This document shows positions 1 to 9,091 of a DNA stretch of 34,695 nucleotides, one piece after another. Source of the DNA: a virus (Duplodnaviria > Caudoviricetes); the IMG/VR virus record IMGVR_UViG_3300025875_000072, positions 1 through 34,695 of that record; one strand, given 5' to 3'. The position numbers and the translations under genes are program-made. The notes beneath the pieces are model-generated. The model did no database searches and was not told where the DNA came from. It saw nothing but the letters and a program-made list of their open reading frames with translations. The first letter of the stretch is position 1, and each line of letters opens with the position of its first letter.

Positions 1-1848
1 GAAGGTCACCGTGAATGTCCGCAGCTGCAGCCTTCCGGTCACCACAGGCCTCCCTTGGTAGTCCAGAGGGAACTGGCGGGAGAACGTGATGCGCTGGTCG
101 TACCTCTCGCCGCCCGTCGCACTCGGCTCATTGCCGGGCACCCGAACGGTCCTTGAGGACGTCCAATCGTAGCTGGTGGGGTCGATCAGGGAGCCGGGGC
201 GGCTCGGGTCGGCCTTGGTGCGGACCATCTGGAAGGTGCCGGGCGCGGTGTCGTAGGGCAGGATGAAGGTCGTGCGGTCCCCGATGGGGTCGTAGGTGCC
301 GGTGAGGGCCGTGCGGGTGTCGAGGTGGACTTGAAGGTTCTGCTCGGCGGGCCGGGCGTTCGCTTCAAGGTTCATGCGCTCGAGGTAGATGCCGTCGGGC
401 CGCTTGCTCACGAGGAACAGGTGGCCGTCGAGGTACTCGCCTCCGATGATCGGATGGGCGAAGCGCCAGCGGCGCCACGCGCTCTGCACCTTCTCGTTGC
501 CGTTCCAGTAGAACTGGTAGGCGTAGACGTCCGTGCCTCCGGTCAGGGCGAACACTGCCTTGGAGTTCGGGGCCGCGATCAGGGCCTTGAGGTTGCCCGG
601 CAGGTAGCCAGGGACGTGCGCGGTGACCTCGGCAGCGGTCAGGCTGTCACCCTGCGCGATGCGGGTATATTCCCACACGGCGCTGGCGCCGTTCTGATCG
701 CCGCAGAAGTAGACCTCGGTCCCAATGGAGACCGGACGAACCCTCGTGTTCATCTCGTACCGGGTGACCGGGGAGATCGCGAGGCTCTCAGGCGTCAAGC
801 CCTCGTCGCCGTTCTCAATGGAGAACTGGGTCTGGTCCGCGAAGGCCATGATGCCGTCGTTGAAGGGCACGGCGAACTTGAGCAGCGCCACGTTGGTCGT
901 TGCGACCGCCACGTCCACCACGTCGGAGCCGACGTAGTCGAGGACCGTGTTGCGCCAGAAGTTGCCGAAGTCGCCGGCACAGGAGAACACGACGTTCTCG
1001 TCCACCAGCAGGCCCAGGCGGTTCTGGTAGAAGAACACGTCGGAGATGGTGCGGCCGATGAAGGTCGGCGTGGGGTTGGTGTTTGCGTCACCGACGCGGC
1101 GCGGCGCCCAGCTGAACGGGCTGAACCGGAAGCTGCCATCGGCTTCCCGCACGAGCGCATGGGGCATCGTGGTGGCGTCGAGGGAGTTGGTCTGGCTCGG
1201 GCCGACCGTCTCGTCCCATACGGCGCCCTTGCGGACGACATAGTAGCTGACGAACCCGGTCTCGACCGACCCGGTGATCTTGTAGAGGGCACCGTTCGGC
1301 GCGGTCTCAGGCAGCTTCTCCATCGAGGCAAGTTCGCCCTGGTAGCCGCTGTTGGCCGCATTGATGGGGTACTGCATGGCCGAGCCGGCGCCCGTCCGGT
1401 TGATCCAGACGTAGCTCGTCGGCTGCGGGGCAGTGTCGTAGCCGAGGGGCGCCATCTGGCAGACCCGGTCGGCGTTCACGATGAAGGTGTAGTCGGCCAC
1501 GGTGACAGCGCGGAACCGCGTACCGCCGGCAAGGTACCCCCAGCCCTCGGGGGCCAGGACGGTATGCTCGGCGCCGGTCGCGGTGTTGAAGACGCGCATC
1601 TGGCCGCCGTCGATGACGACGCAGTAGCGCTCCGAGACGTCGCGGTTGATGTAGTGAACGAACGCCCCGTCGCCCACGGTGTCCAGCAGGCGCGCAACGA
1701 GTTCCGTCGGGGGCCGCTTGGAGAGACCGTCGGCCAGCGAGGACCATGTGTTCAGCTCGGCCTCGTTCTGGTCGGCCGTGCGGAGCAGCGGAGGCTGCTG
1801 AGAGACGCCGTTGAGCAGCGAGGGCAGGGTGCGGTACTTGAGGCTCAT
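1..1848 (-). CDS. Tail tubular protein B (T7 gp12-like), partial, runs off window
   Basis: Read manually: ATG at 1848, MSLKYRTLPSLLNGVSQQPPLLR...GLSKRPP, typical gp12 N-terminus; follows tail tube A; absent from the ORF track, consistent with no stop inside the window. Confidence 0.9.
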   Translation of the reverse strand, partial: MSLKYRTLPSLLNGVSQQPPLLRTADQNEAELNTWSSLADGLSKRPPTELVARLLDTVGDGAFVHYINRDVSERYCVVIDGGQMRVFNTATGAEHTVLAPEGWGYLAGGTRFRAVTVADYTFIVNADRVCQMAPLGYDTAPQPTSYVWINRTGAGSAMQYPINAANSGYQGELASMEKLPETAPNGALYKITGSVETGFVSYYVVRKGAVWDETVGPSQTNSLDATTMPHALVREADGSFRFSPFSWAPRRVGDANTNPTPTFIGRTISDVFFYQNRLGLLVDENVVFSCAGDFGNFWRNTVLDYVGSDVVDVAVATTNVALLKFAVPFNDGIMAFADQTQFSIENGDEGLTPESLAISPVTRYEMNTRVRPVSIGTEVYFCGDQNGASAVWEYTRIAQGDSLTAAEVTAHVPGYLPGNLKALIAAPNSKAVFALTGGTDVYAYQFYWNGNEKVQSAWRRWRFAHPIIGGEYLDGHLFLVSKRPDGIYLERMNLEANARPAEQNLQVHLDTRTALTGTYDPIGDRTTFILPYDTAPGTFQMVRTKADPSRPGSLIDPTSYDWTSSRTVRVPGNEPSATGGERYDQRITFSRQFPLDYQGRPVVTGRLQLRTFTVTF

Positions 1849-2441
1849 CAGTGCGTCCTGCTGCCGAAGCCGGCGAGGGCCGGGTTGTTGCGGAAGAGGT
1901 TCGTCTTGCGGGCGCCGCGCTCCTCACGCTCCAGCAGGAGCCAAGCGCGAAGCTCGTCCTCCTCTTCGAAGCGGTCGAGAACCTGGGAGCCGATGGCCTT
2001 CGATTGGAACCGGCGGGCCGCCGAGGTGGCGATGTAGGTACGGGCGGTCTCGGGCAGCTCCTCGAAGGAGAAGGCCCAGACGATCTTCACGCTAACGGAA
2101 GCGTCGAACTCGAAGGAGCGGGTGTCCTTGCTGTAGAGCGCGAGGCCCTTCGTCGGATGCTTGCGGATGACCAGCTCGTCGATCCCCATGCTCTCGACCT
2201 TGAGGGCGTTGGCGGGGACCATGATGTGCCCGTCGATGTCGGGCGCGAGCGGGTAGTTCGTGTCGGTGTTGAAGGCGAACCCATGGGACAGGACGCGGCG
2301 CGTGGCGGTAGCCAAGCGGGCCTGTGCGATGGAGACGTCCTTGATGCCGCTCACGTTCAGCGAGTTCACCGGGGCTTGGCCGATGGACATCAACATTTCG
2401 TTGACTGCCTCCAGCTCGGACATGGGGCTAAGGATGGGCAT
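1848..2441 (-). CDS. Tail tubular protein A (T7 gp11-like)
   Basis: SELEAVNEMLMSIGQAPV...GFAFNT...FEELPETARTYI motifs; synteny. Confidence 0.92.
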   Translation of the reverse strand: MPILSPMSELEAVNEMLMSIGQAPVNSLNVSGIKDVSIAQARLATATRRVLSHGFAFNTDTNYPLAPDIDGHIMVPANALKVESMGIDELVIRKHPTKGLALYSKDTRSFEFDASVSVKIVWAFSFEELPETARTYIATSAARRFQSKAIGSQVLDRFEEEDELRAWLLLEREERGARKTNLFRNNPALAGFGSRTH

Positions 2442-2889
2442 AGTGGCCCCTTTCCTCTAGGTAGAGAGCCGCTTGGCGGAGCCGCTGCGGGCTATCGCCA
2501 AGGTTCCCGATACCTTTGTTGCATTGAGAGCAGAGAAGTCCTCGGACCTCCCCGGTGCGATGGTTGTGATCGACTGCGAGACGCAGCCCGTTCTCTTCGG
2601 GGGTCTTGGCGCAGATCGCGCAGCCGCCGTTTTGGTCGGCCAACTTCCGGTCGTATTCCGCGAGGGACAGGCCGTAGGTGTTGCGGAGGAAGGCGTCCTT
2701 CCGCTGGCCTTTGGTCCGCTGGTAGCGAGCCTTGCAGGCGGCGCGGTCGCATGCGCGACACTCCGTGCCCAGCCCGTCAGGCTTGGATCGGTTGCGGTTG
2801 AACTCGGTCAGGGGCTTTGTCGAACCACAGCGGGGACAATGCTTGACCGCAGCGCCGTCAGGCGCCGTGGTGAGGCTGTGGTTGGACAA
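2428..2889 (-). CDS. Endonuclease VII-type homing endonuclease (start uncertain, TTG 2889)
   Basis: CPRC...CRAC zinc finger, YGLS..EY, QNGGCAIC, LAVDHNH.TGEVRGLLCSQCNKGIG. Confidence 0.85.
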   Translation of the reverse strand: MSNHSLTTAPDGAAVKHCPRCGSTKPLTEFNRNRSKPDGLGTECRACDRAACKARYQRTKGQRKDAFLRNTYGLSLAEYDRKLADQNGGCAICAKTPEENGLRLAVDHNHRTGEVRGLLCSQCNKGIGNLGDSPQRLRQAALYLEERGHYAHP

Positions 2890-2902
2890 GGCTCCGTTCG
2901 TG

Positions 2903-2938
2903 AAAAAATAGGGGGCCTCCGGTGAAGGAAGCCCCCTT
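2903..2938 (-). terminator. T-phi-like intrinsic terminator after the capsid gene
   Basis: Minus strand AGGGGGCTTCC-TTCACC-GGAGGCCCCCT followed by ATTTTTT, just after the capsid stop. Confidence 0.85.
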
Positions 2939-2948
2939 GGGGTAGTGA

Positions 2949-3932
2949 TTAGGCGGGGACGGCGCCGGTACGCAGCTCGACAGCGCACTTGCTGCGGAGC
3001 TTCCGAGTGCCGACCATCATGCGCGCGATCAGCAGGTCGCCCTGCTTGCGCGGCTGCGGTTCCACCTGGAAACCGATCTCCTGCACGATGACAGAAGCGG
3101 CGGCCATCGGGGTCCACACGGCGCCAATGGTGGTCCCGAAGGATCCACGGTAGACGGCCGGGATGAAGTCCTCGTGCGCGGCGTTGGTGAAGTTGCCGGC
3201 GCGGCTGTCCTCACCGAAGGGGGCGAGGTTGGACTTGAGGACGTTGATGTCGTCGATGGTCGTCAGCGACATCTTGCGGATGTCGGCCGAGCCGCCGTTG
3301 GTGTCGCGGTTCAGGTTCTTGTCGCTGCGGGCGACGAGGTACCACTGCGCGGGCTTGAGGAGCGCGTTGATAACCTGCGCGTCAACCGGCACGTCCTTCT
3401 CGTCCATTGCCTGCTTCGAAGCCGAGAGGGCGTCGATCAGGGCGTTGGCGTCGGTCGCGAGGTTGCCGGCCACGACAGCGGAGCCGCCCTGGTCGCCAGC
3501 GAACAGCGCACCGGAGCGCGCAGCGAGGATCACCGTCCGCATGACATTGCGGTCGAAGTGGCGAGCCAGGAAGCTGCCCATCTCCGTGGTGTACGGCTGA
3601 CGCACGTCGAAGTGGTTCAGGATTTCGTCGATGTCCGAGAGGAAGACGTCCGAGACGAGCTTGTCGTCGGGCTCGACCTTGATCTCGGTGTGCGCGATCT
3701 TGCGGCCCGTCAGCTCGGTGCCGGGGGTGTGGTAGCCACCGCCCGCGCGCCAGATGGCCGGGAACTTGACCGACTTGCCGTTCGACAGAGTGCGGGTCTG
3801 GTGCTTGTCGCGCATGATGGTCGCGGTTTCGAACGCGGTGATGACTTCGCCAGCGGCGAGGTCGAGCATCAGCGCGCGGTTGTCGCCCGACAGCTGGTTC
3901 TGGCCGGGGAAGTTCGGATCGGAGTTGGCCAC
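2949..3932 (-). CDS. Major capsid protein (T7 gp10-like)
   Basis: ALMLDLAAGEVITAF, RTLSNGKSVKFP, HFDVRQPYTTEMG, QGDLLIARMMVG..LRSKCAVEL. Confidence 0.95.
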   Translation of the reverse strand: MANSDPNFPGQNQLSGDNRALMLDLAAGEVITAFETATIMRDKHQTRTLSNGKSVKFPAIWRAGGGYHTPGTELTGRKIAHTEIKVEPDDKLVSDVFLSDIDEILNHFDVRQPYTTEMGSFLARHFDRNVMRTVILAARSGALFAGDQGGSAVVAGNLATDANALIDALSASKQAMDEKDVPVDAQVINALLKPAQWYLVARSDKNLNRDTNGGSADIRKMSLTTIDDINVLKSNLAPFGEDSRAGNFTNAAHEDFIPAVYRGSFGTTIGAVWTPMAAASVIVQEIGFQVEPQPRKQGDLLIARMMVGTRKLRSKCAVELRTGAVPA

Positions 3933-3949
3933 TTATTGGCCCTTTCATA

Positions 3950-4160
3950 TTCGGAGGTTGGTGCGTTGGGCGAACCGCTCATCGAAGCAGCGCCGATGCC
4001 AGTGTCGGTTGTCCTTGCGGGCCGAGGGCTTCACGGAGATGGTCGAGGGGGCGGGCAGGGGGTGCCTCCGACCGGGGATCAGTCGGCGGGAGACGGCAGC
4101 ACGGCACTCCCGTGCGCCCTCGGGGATCAGCCGAGGGGGCGGTGGGGGCCGTGCTGCGGG
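3950..4160 (-). ncRNA. Putative structured RNA in the scaffold-capsid intergenic leader
   Basis: Perfect 10-bp stem 4096-4105/4148-4157, two hairpins sharing CUGAUCCCC, and a GCAA-capped hairpin. Confidence 0.45.
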
Positions 4161-4164
4161 TAGG

Positions 4165-5040
4165 TCAGCGGCGGTGCGTGTAGACGCTGTCGAACATGCG
4201 CTGCGGCTGGACGCGGAAGCCAGCGGCCTGAGACCGCTGCAGCTTCGCCATCACTTCGTTGCGGAAGCGAGCGTCGGTTGCGTACTTCGGGTTCTTCTGG
4301 TCAGCGACCAGCTCGTCCCGTGACTGATAGGTGTCGCCGGCAGTGGCACCGGAGTTCGCCGTGGTGACCTGACGGCCCTCCGACGGACGAGCAGCCTGGA
4401 ACCGGGCGTAGAGACCACGTACCGCGTTCTCGCGGAGCGCCTCGTTGTCCAGCGCGGAGTTGTAGGCGTCCAGCTCGGCGTCCGAGAGCTTCTCGGCGGC
4501 CCACTGGGTCAGGGCGGCGTAGTTCTGCTCGCCTCCGACATAGCCGTGGATCGTGCCGACGCTCTGCTGCGCCAGTGCCTGCAGGCCCTTGAGGTACACC
4601 TGCTGCACTTCGGTCGGGATGCCGGCCTCGGCCAGCTTCGTGGCGGTCTCTTCGGAGAACGCCTGCGAGGTCGTGAAGTCAGAGCGCGCGGCGTCGAGCA
4701 GCGAGGTCAGCGGGTTCGCAGCCGGCTCTTCGGCGGCCGGGGCCTTGGCGATCTTGCCGTCGGCGGATGCGGCCGGCGCTGCCGGGGTCTCTTCGGCGGG
4801 GGCGGCGGGCGCAGGAGCGGCGCCGAGGCGCTTCTCCAGTTCCGTGTAGCTCGCCACGAGCGCGTCGTAGTCGGGCTTGCCGTCCTTGAGGAACTTCTCA
4901 GGTACCTGCGGGGCCTCGGGGGTCACCGGGGTCGTCGCGGGTGCCTCGGAGAAGCCACGCTGGCCGACTTCGACAGAGGCCTGCTCCGTCGAGGTCAGCT
5001 GCGGGGCGCCTTCCGTGGTCGTGTCTGTGCCGTCGCTCAC
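4165..5040 (-). CDS. Capsid scaffolding protein (T7 gp9-like)
   Basis: VPEKF..YTELEKRLG, VGGEQNYAALTQWA, NPKYATDARFRNEV..KL.RS; acidic; lies between portal and capsid. Confidence 0.9.
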   Translation of the reverse strand: MSDGTDTTTEGAPQLTSTEQASVEVGQRGFSEAPATTPVTPEAPQVPEKFLKDGKPDYDALVASYTELEKRLGAAPAPAAPAEETPAAPAASADGKIAKAPAAEEPAANPLTSLLDAARSDFTTSQAFSEETATKLAEAGIPTEVQQVYLKGLQALAQQSVGTIHGYVGGEQNYAALTQWAAEKLSDAELDAYNSALDNEALRENAVRGLYARFQAARPSEGRQVTTANSGATAGDTYQSRDELVADQKNPKYATDARFRNEVMAKLQRSQAAGFRVQPQRMFDSVYTHRR

Positions 5041-5225
5041 TGGTAGCTCACCAGCGTCATGCCGTTGACGAGCGTCGTCTCGCTCTCTTCGACGGGGGCC
5101 TCTTCAACCGCGCCGTCGGCCTCGGTGTTGTCCTCGACCGTGAAGTTGGAGAGGACTTCGAGGATCGGCGTAGCGGCCGGCGCCACGTCTTCGACGGGTT
5201 CCGACTTGGTCTTCGGGGTTGCCAT
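5037..5225 (-). CDS. Small acidic hypothetical protein
   Basis: 62 aa ORF filling the portal-scaffold gap, 4-nt overlap with scaffold. Confidence 0.7.
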   Translation of the reverse strand: MATPKTKSEPVEDVAPAATPILEVLSNFTVEDNTEADGAVEEAPVEESETTLVNGMTLVSYQ

Positions 5226-5228
5226 GAA

Positions 5229-6782
5229 TTATGCTCCTGCGCCCTGCTCGGGCGCCATGATGGCCTCGGCGCCGACCTTCGCGACTTGCGGGGCGGCGGC
5301 CATTGCGGCTTGGTTGGTGGCGGCAGCTTGGTCTTCCTGCGCGAGGGTGTCGGCGCTCTTGAAGAGCGTATCGAGACCTTCGACGCCGTAGGAGTCGCCC
5401 AGGCGCTTGCCGAGTTCGGTGGGATCGGTGATCCGCGAGAGAACCTGCTGACCGTAGATGTTGGTCAGGTCGGTCATGAGCATGCGGATTTTGTTCGCGG
5501 CGTGGTTGCGGCCAAGCGCCTCGAAGCCGGTAACGATGGTGGGGTTGACGTCGGCCGGCAGCTCAGGCGCCTCGCCTTCGCGGACGAGGATGTAGAGCAG
5601 GCGGCGTATCAGAGGCAGCTGGAACTCAGCCGAGAGGACCGTGTAGACCCCGCCCAGTACGTTCTCCAGCTCCTGCGCCATCGCTCGGATTTCCTCGGCG
5701 GTGACGCGCTCGGCGTTCCGCACGGTGCCCGATTGGAGCAGGAAGGCATGCGACAGGCGAAGCTCGAGGCGCGATGCGACCTCGGAAGCGACCGAGAAGT
5801 CCTGCGTCTTTTCGAGCTGCAGGGCTTTGACCTTGTCGACGTAGCCGGTGACGAAGTCTCCGCTCTCGGCGGTCGCCAGTTCCTCGATGTCGACCATCGC
5901 GTTCGGGTCCACCATGTGGATGATCCGTGCGGCGACCGAGGCGAACTGAATGATCGCCTTCGAGAGGTCTTCGAGGCTCATCAGGTCTCCGACGTACTCG
6001 GAAACATGAGCGCGACCGTAGTCGCTGCCGGGGATCGCCTGCCAGCGCAGGGCCATCCAGCCCGCTTCGGCGCGGGGCGCGCGGCCTTCGCTCTCGGGGA
6101 CCAGGGTCTCGTTGATCTCCTGATAGTGGACGACCTCGTCCTCCTCGACCTTCACATGCGTGTAGATCGTGACGAGCTTGTCGTTCTCCTTGCCCTCTTC
6201 CACCACGACCTTGCAGGCCGCTCGGACTTCTTCGGACAGGGTGGACGGGTAGACCTTCTCTTCGATCACGGCTTCGATCATCCGGCCGCGCTCGTCGCGC
6301 AGGACGACATACTGATCGAGGCGATAGAGGCGCGGCGGGAGCCTCTCGAGGCCGACGTAGACCAGGGCGTTGCCGCCGACGATCAGGTGGCGAAGGGTCT
6401 CCATGAAGATCGGCCGCATGGCTGCGGTCTCGACCAGCAGGTGTGCCTTGGAGGAGATGCGGCCCAGCGCCGTCTTCACGGTCGTCAGGTTCTCGCCAAG
6501 CTCCTCGGCGGTGTCCTCGTGGACACTGATGCGGGCGAAGGCTTGATCCGGCGGGAAGAGCGTCAGCAGGAGCCAAGAGGCCAGGTTGTTCACGCAGCGA
6601 GCCCCGAGGGACTGATAGGGCTGCGAGAAGGCGCTGTTGGCGTCCTGCGCGTCGGCAGGGATCAGGCCGGGGATGGTGAGGTCGGAGTTCTTGCGGGCGC
6701 GCTCCAGCGCGGTGTTGCGGGTGCCACGCAGCTGCTCATAGCGCCGCTTGGCTTGCGCCACGATGGCGGTATCGGCGGCCAC
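5229..6782 (-). CDS. Portal / head-tail connector (T7 gp8-like)
   Basis: PYQSLGARCVNNLAS, SDYGR, RNAERVTAEEIR...ELENVLGGVY, IVTGFEALGR. Confidence 0.96.
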   Translation of the reverse strand: MAADTAIVAQAKRRYEQLRGTRNTALERARKNSDLTIPGLIPADAQDANSAFSQPYQSLGARCVNNLASWLLLTLFPPDQAFARISVHEDTAEELGENLTTVKTALGRISSKAHLLVETAAMRPIFMETLRHLIVGGNALVYVGLERLPPRLYRLDQYVVLRDERGRMIEAVIEEKVYPSTLSEEVRAACKVVVEEGKENDKLVTIYTHVKVEEDEVVHYQEINETLVPESEGRAPRAEAGWMALRWQAIPGSDYGRAHVSEYVGDLMSLEDLSKAIIQFASVAARIIHMVDPNAMVDIEELATAESGDFVTGYVDKVKALQLEKTQDFSVASEVASRLELRLSHAFLLQSGTVRNAERVTAEEIRAMAQELENVLGGVYTVLSAEFQLPLIRRLLYILVREGEAPELPADVNPTIVTGFEALGRNHAANKIRMLMTDLTNIYGQQVLSRITDPTELGKRLGDSYGVEGLDTLFKSADTLAQEDQAAATNQAAMAAAPQVAKVGAEAIMAPEQGAGA

Positions 6783-7055
6783 TTAGCGGCTCCTTGTGAT
6801 CTTGGCGGACGTCCATGGACGGTCGACCAATCCCTCGCCCCGAACGGGCGGCGCCAGCGCAGACGCGGGGGGCGTGGCGGTGGCAGGGAGTTGGGCCGGC
6901 TGAGAGCCAGCGCGGTCGATCCGCAGGCTGCTGCGTCCAGCGCGAGCGGCCTTGGTCGTCGGGTCAACCCCATCGAGATAGGGGTTGCGGATGATGGTGG
7001 GTTCCTTCGGCTTCTCAGTGCCGGTCTCGATCTTTGGCGTCTTGACGATGCACAT
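6783..7055 (-). CDS. Small virion protein (gp6.7/7.3-like)
   Basis: True start ATG 7055, MCIVKTPK...GRSSLRIDR; MC- start and SLRI motif are typical of pre-portal genes. Confidence 0.7.
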   Translation of the reverse strand: MCIVKTPKIETGTEKPKEPTIIRNPYLDGVDPTTKAARAGRSSLRIDRAGSQPAQLPATATPPASALAPPVRGEGLVDRPWTSAKITRSR

Positions 7056-7240
7056 CAGCGAGGGGCCTTTCTGGCCTCGTCGCGCTCGCGCTTCCGGCTC
7101 TGGTTGATGAGGAACAGGACAAGCTCGCGCTTGCCCGCGTATCGCTGGATCACCTCCATGCTGTCGCCCGCTTGGGGGACGGCCTCGGGGACGAGCTTCT
7201 CCAGCTCGACGATCTGGTCGTCGGTCAGTGGATGCTTCAT
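7055..7240 (-). CDS. Small hypothetical late protein
   Basis: MKHPLTDDQIVELEKLVPE...RYAGKRELVLFL; first gene after the late promoter. Confidence 0.7.
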   Translation of the reverse strand: MKHPLTDDQIVELEKLVPEAVPQAGDSMEVIQRYAGKRELVLFLINQSRKRERDEARKAPR

Positions 7241-7255
7241 GCGGGGGCGCACCTG

Positions 7256-7302
7256 AAAAAATAGGGGCCACCCTGATGCCCAAAGGCACTAGAGTGACCC
7301 CA
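7256..7302 (-). terminator. Hairpin plus U6 immediately downstream of the late phage promoter
   Basis: GGGGTCACTCTAGTGCC-TTTG-GGCATCAGGGTGGCCCC followed by TATTTTTT. Confidence 0.65.
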
Positions 7303-7322
7303 TGGGATCGGTTGAGGGTTCT

Positions 7323-7346
7323 TCCTCCAAGGGTACTGACTAATTG
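7323..7346 (-). promoter_or_regulatory. Phage RNAP promoter (late), +1 about 7328
   Basis: CAATTAGTCAGTACCCTT|GGAGG; same -17..+1 geometry as T7/T3/K11 promoters; consensus occurs five times. Confidence 0.85.
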
Positions 7347-8170
7347 CCTGTCGGCGCCCAGGGGATCACGCGGGTGCCGTCGAGGTCCGTGGCCTTGAGG
7401 ATGCGGGCCACGTTGATCTGCGCGAGGGCCTCTTTTTCGCCCTGGCCCGCCTTGGCGTAGGCCGAGACGATGCGGGTCCAGACGTCCTCGTCGCTCTCGT
7501 CCAAGGACCACTCGGTCACGATCTCGCCCTTGCGCTTCCCTCGGGTGATCTCGCGGTGGCTCGCATGCCACGCCTTGAGTTCGTCGAGGATCGCGTCGGC
7601 CGTCTTCGGCCCACAGCCGGGGGCGCCGGGGTAGTGGTCGGTCGCGTCCCCGGTGAGGGTCTGCCAGAACAGGAACCGCTCGGCCGCCTCGGGGGTGATC
7701 GTGCGGACCTTGCCGTTGCTGTCGCGGTTCGGGTTGTAGAGCAGGCCGGGGATCGTCTGCATGTCCTTGTCCTGGGACACGATGATCCGGTCGCCCTTGT
7801 GAGGCTCGGTCGACAGGATGCCCATGACGTCGTCGGCCTCGAGCCACGGCCGGCGGTCGACCGGGTAGGTCTCGACCAGCCAATCCTTGAGGTCGTACAG
7901 ATGCTCGGGGCGCTGGCCCGTGCGGTTGCCCTTGTAGTCGGGGTAGATGCGCTTGCGGAAGTTGTTCAGGTCGTCCGAGAGGCAGACGATGAAGTCGGAG
8001 GCCTTGAGGGTCTCCATTAGGTTCTCGATCTGCTCCCGCGCTTCCCGTTGGGCCGCTTCAAGGTCGGCCACCTTCGACGTGACGCCGTCGCCCCAATCGT
8101 AGCTCCGCTCGTTGGCGGCAGTGGATTGGTAGGCGACGATGTCAGCGTCGATCAGGAGGGTGCGGGTCAC
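7340..8170 (-). CDS. 5'-3' exonuclease (T7 gp6-like)
   Basis: LLIDADIVAY, NFRK.IYPDYKGNR, LEADDVMGI, DKD, QTLTGD.TDHYPG. Confidence 0.93.
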   Translation of the reverse strand: MTRTLLIDADIVAYQSTAANERSYDWGDGVTSKVADLEAAQREAREQIENLMETLKASDFIVCLSDDLNNFRKRIYPDYKGNRTGQRPEHLYDLKDWLVETYPVDRRPWLEADDVMGILSTEPHKGDRIIVSQDKDMQTIPGLLYNPNRDSNGKVRTITPEAAERFLFWQTLTGDATDHYPGAPGCGPKTADAILDELKAWHASHREITRGKRKGEIVTEWSLDESDEDVWTRIVSAYAKAGQGEKEALAQINVARILKATDLDGTRVIPWAPTGN

Positions 8171-8583
8171 CAGTGAGGGTTCTCAAACCACAGGCGCATC
8201 GCCTCCGTGTGGGCAGGGAAGCACAGCTCTTCCGCTTCGGTGGCGATGCGGATGGCGGTACACTCCTCGGTCGGCGTCCACCCCTCTTCGCTGCAACCAT
8301 AGAGGTCGAAGACGGAGGTACAGAACGCCAGCAACTTCCCGTTCGGTGTGATGACCGAGTAGCGCAGGGTGCCAGCTTGCGCCGCCCATCCGGTCTCCTC
8401 GAAGAACTCGCGAGCCGCGCCGCTTTCCAGCGAGGCATCCTTGCCGTTCTCGACGTAGCCGCCGGGCAATGCCCACTGGCCGTTGTCGCTCCGTTGGACG
8501 ATGACCAAGCCAGCTTCGTGCCGGCGCGTCCATGCGCGCTGGAGATGGACGCCGACGGGCGTGGGGTTGTCGTAGGTGTTCAT
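8167..8583 (-). CDS. Nudix hydrolase
   Basis: Nudix box WALPGGYVE...AAREFFEETG. Confidence 0.88.
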   Translation of the reverse strand: MNTYDNPTPVGVHLQRAWTRRHEAGLVIVQRSDNGQWALPGGYVENGKDASLESGAAREFFEETGWAAQAGTLRYSVITPNGKLLAFCTSVFDLYGCSEEGWTPTEECTAIRIATEAEELCFPAHTEAMRLWFENPHW

Positions 8584-8864
8584 GGCGCCACCGGACAGGG
8601 GTTGTTGATGGCGGCCCGAAGGCGCTCGTTCTCGGCCATGCGGACACGGCGGTCGGACGTGACGATCTTGGACAGCTCCCAGATGCTCATGCCCTCGCGG
8701 GCTGTGGTGACCGGGTACTCAGGCGTCGGAACCTGCTCGATCTGGCAAGGCACCGGGATCGGAACCTTCACTTCAACGGCAGCACCGGGCACGGTCTGGG
8801 TGGCGCAGGCGGGGGTGAGTAGCAGGAGGCCGAGGGCCATCCAGAGGCGAGCGATGCGGCTCAT
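8580..8864 (-). CDS. Putative o-spanin (Rz1-like lipoprotein)
   Basis: Signal peptide and lipobox LLLTPA-C20, Pro-rich VEVKVPIPVPC segment. Confidence 0.7.
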   Translation of the reverse strand: MSRIARLWMALGLLLLTPACATQTVPGAAVEVKVPIPVPCQIEQVPTPEYPVTTAREGMSIWELSKIVTSDRRVRMAENERLRAAINNPCPVAP

Positions 8865-9091
8865 CGTGTCGGCACCTCCAGGGCGACCCCGAGGCCCGTC
8901 AGGAACGACGCATGGCGCTCGATCAGGAGCGCGACGACGGCGTCGGCCTCGTTGTCGGTCAGCGGGATTTTGGTGCCGCCGATGAACAGCTCGCCCATGC
9001 AGCCCTGAAGGCGGCGAAGGGCTTCGAGGCAGTGAACCGACGATGCGGCGCGCTTCACCTCGGCTTCGGTCAGGGTCCGTTCTTCGATCAC
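8861..9091 (-). CDS. Hypothetical protein between the two spanin genes
   Basis: GTG 9091, 4-nt overlaps with both neighbours. Confidence 0.6.
   Translation of the reverse strand: MIEERTLTEAEVKRAASSVHCLEALRRLQGCMGELFIGGTKIPLTDNEADAVVALLIERHASFLTGLGVALEVPTR

Noticed and set aside
2428-3117. EndoVII frame is open into the capsid 3' end in the -1 frame (gp10B-like frameshift fusion?)
   Set aside because: No slippery sequence is visible, the frame crosses the terminator, and open alternative frames are common at this GC content
4068-4157. Hammerhead ribozyme suggested by CUGAU
   Set aside because: Core needs CUGANGA and GAAA; here CUGAUCC sits in hairpin loops
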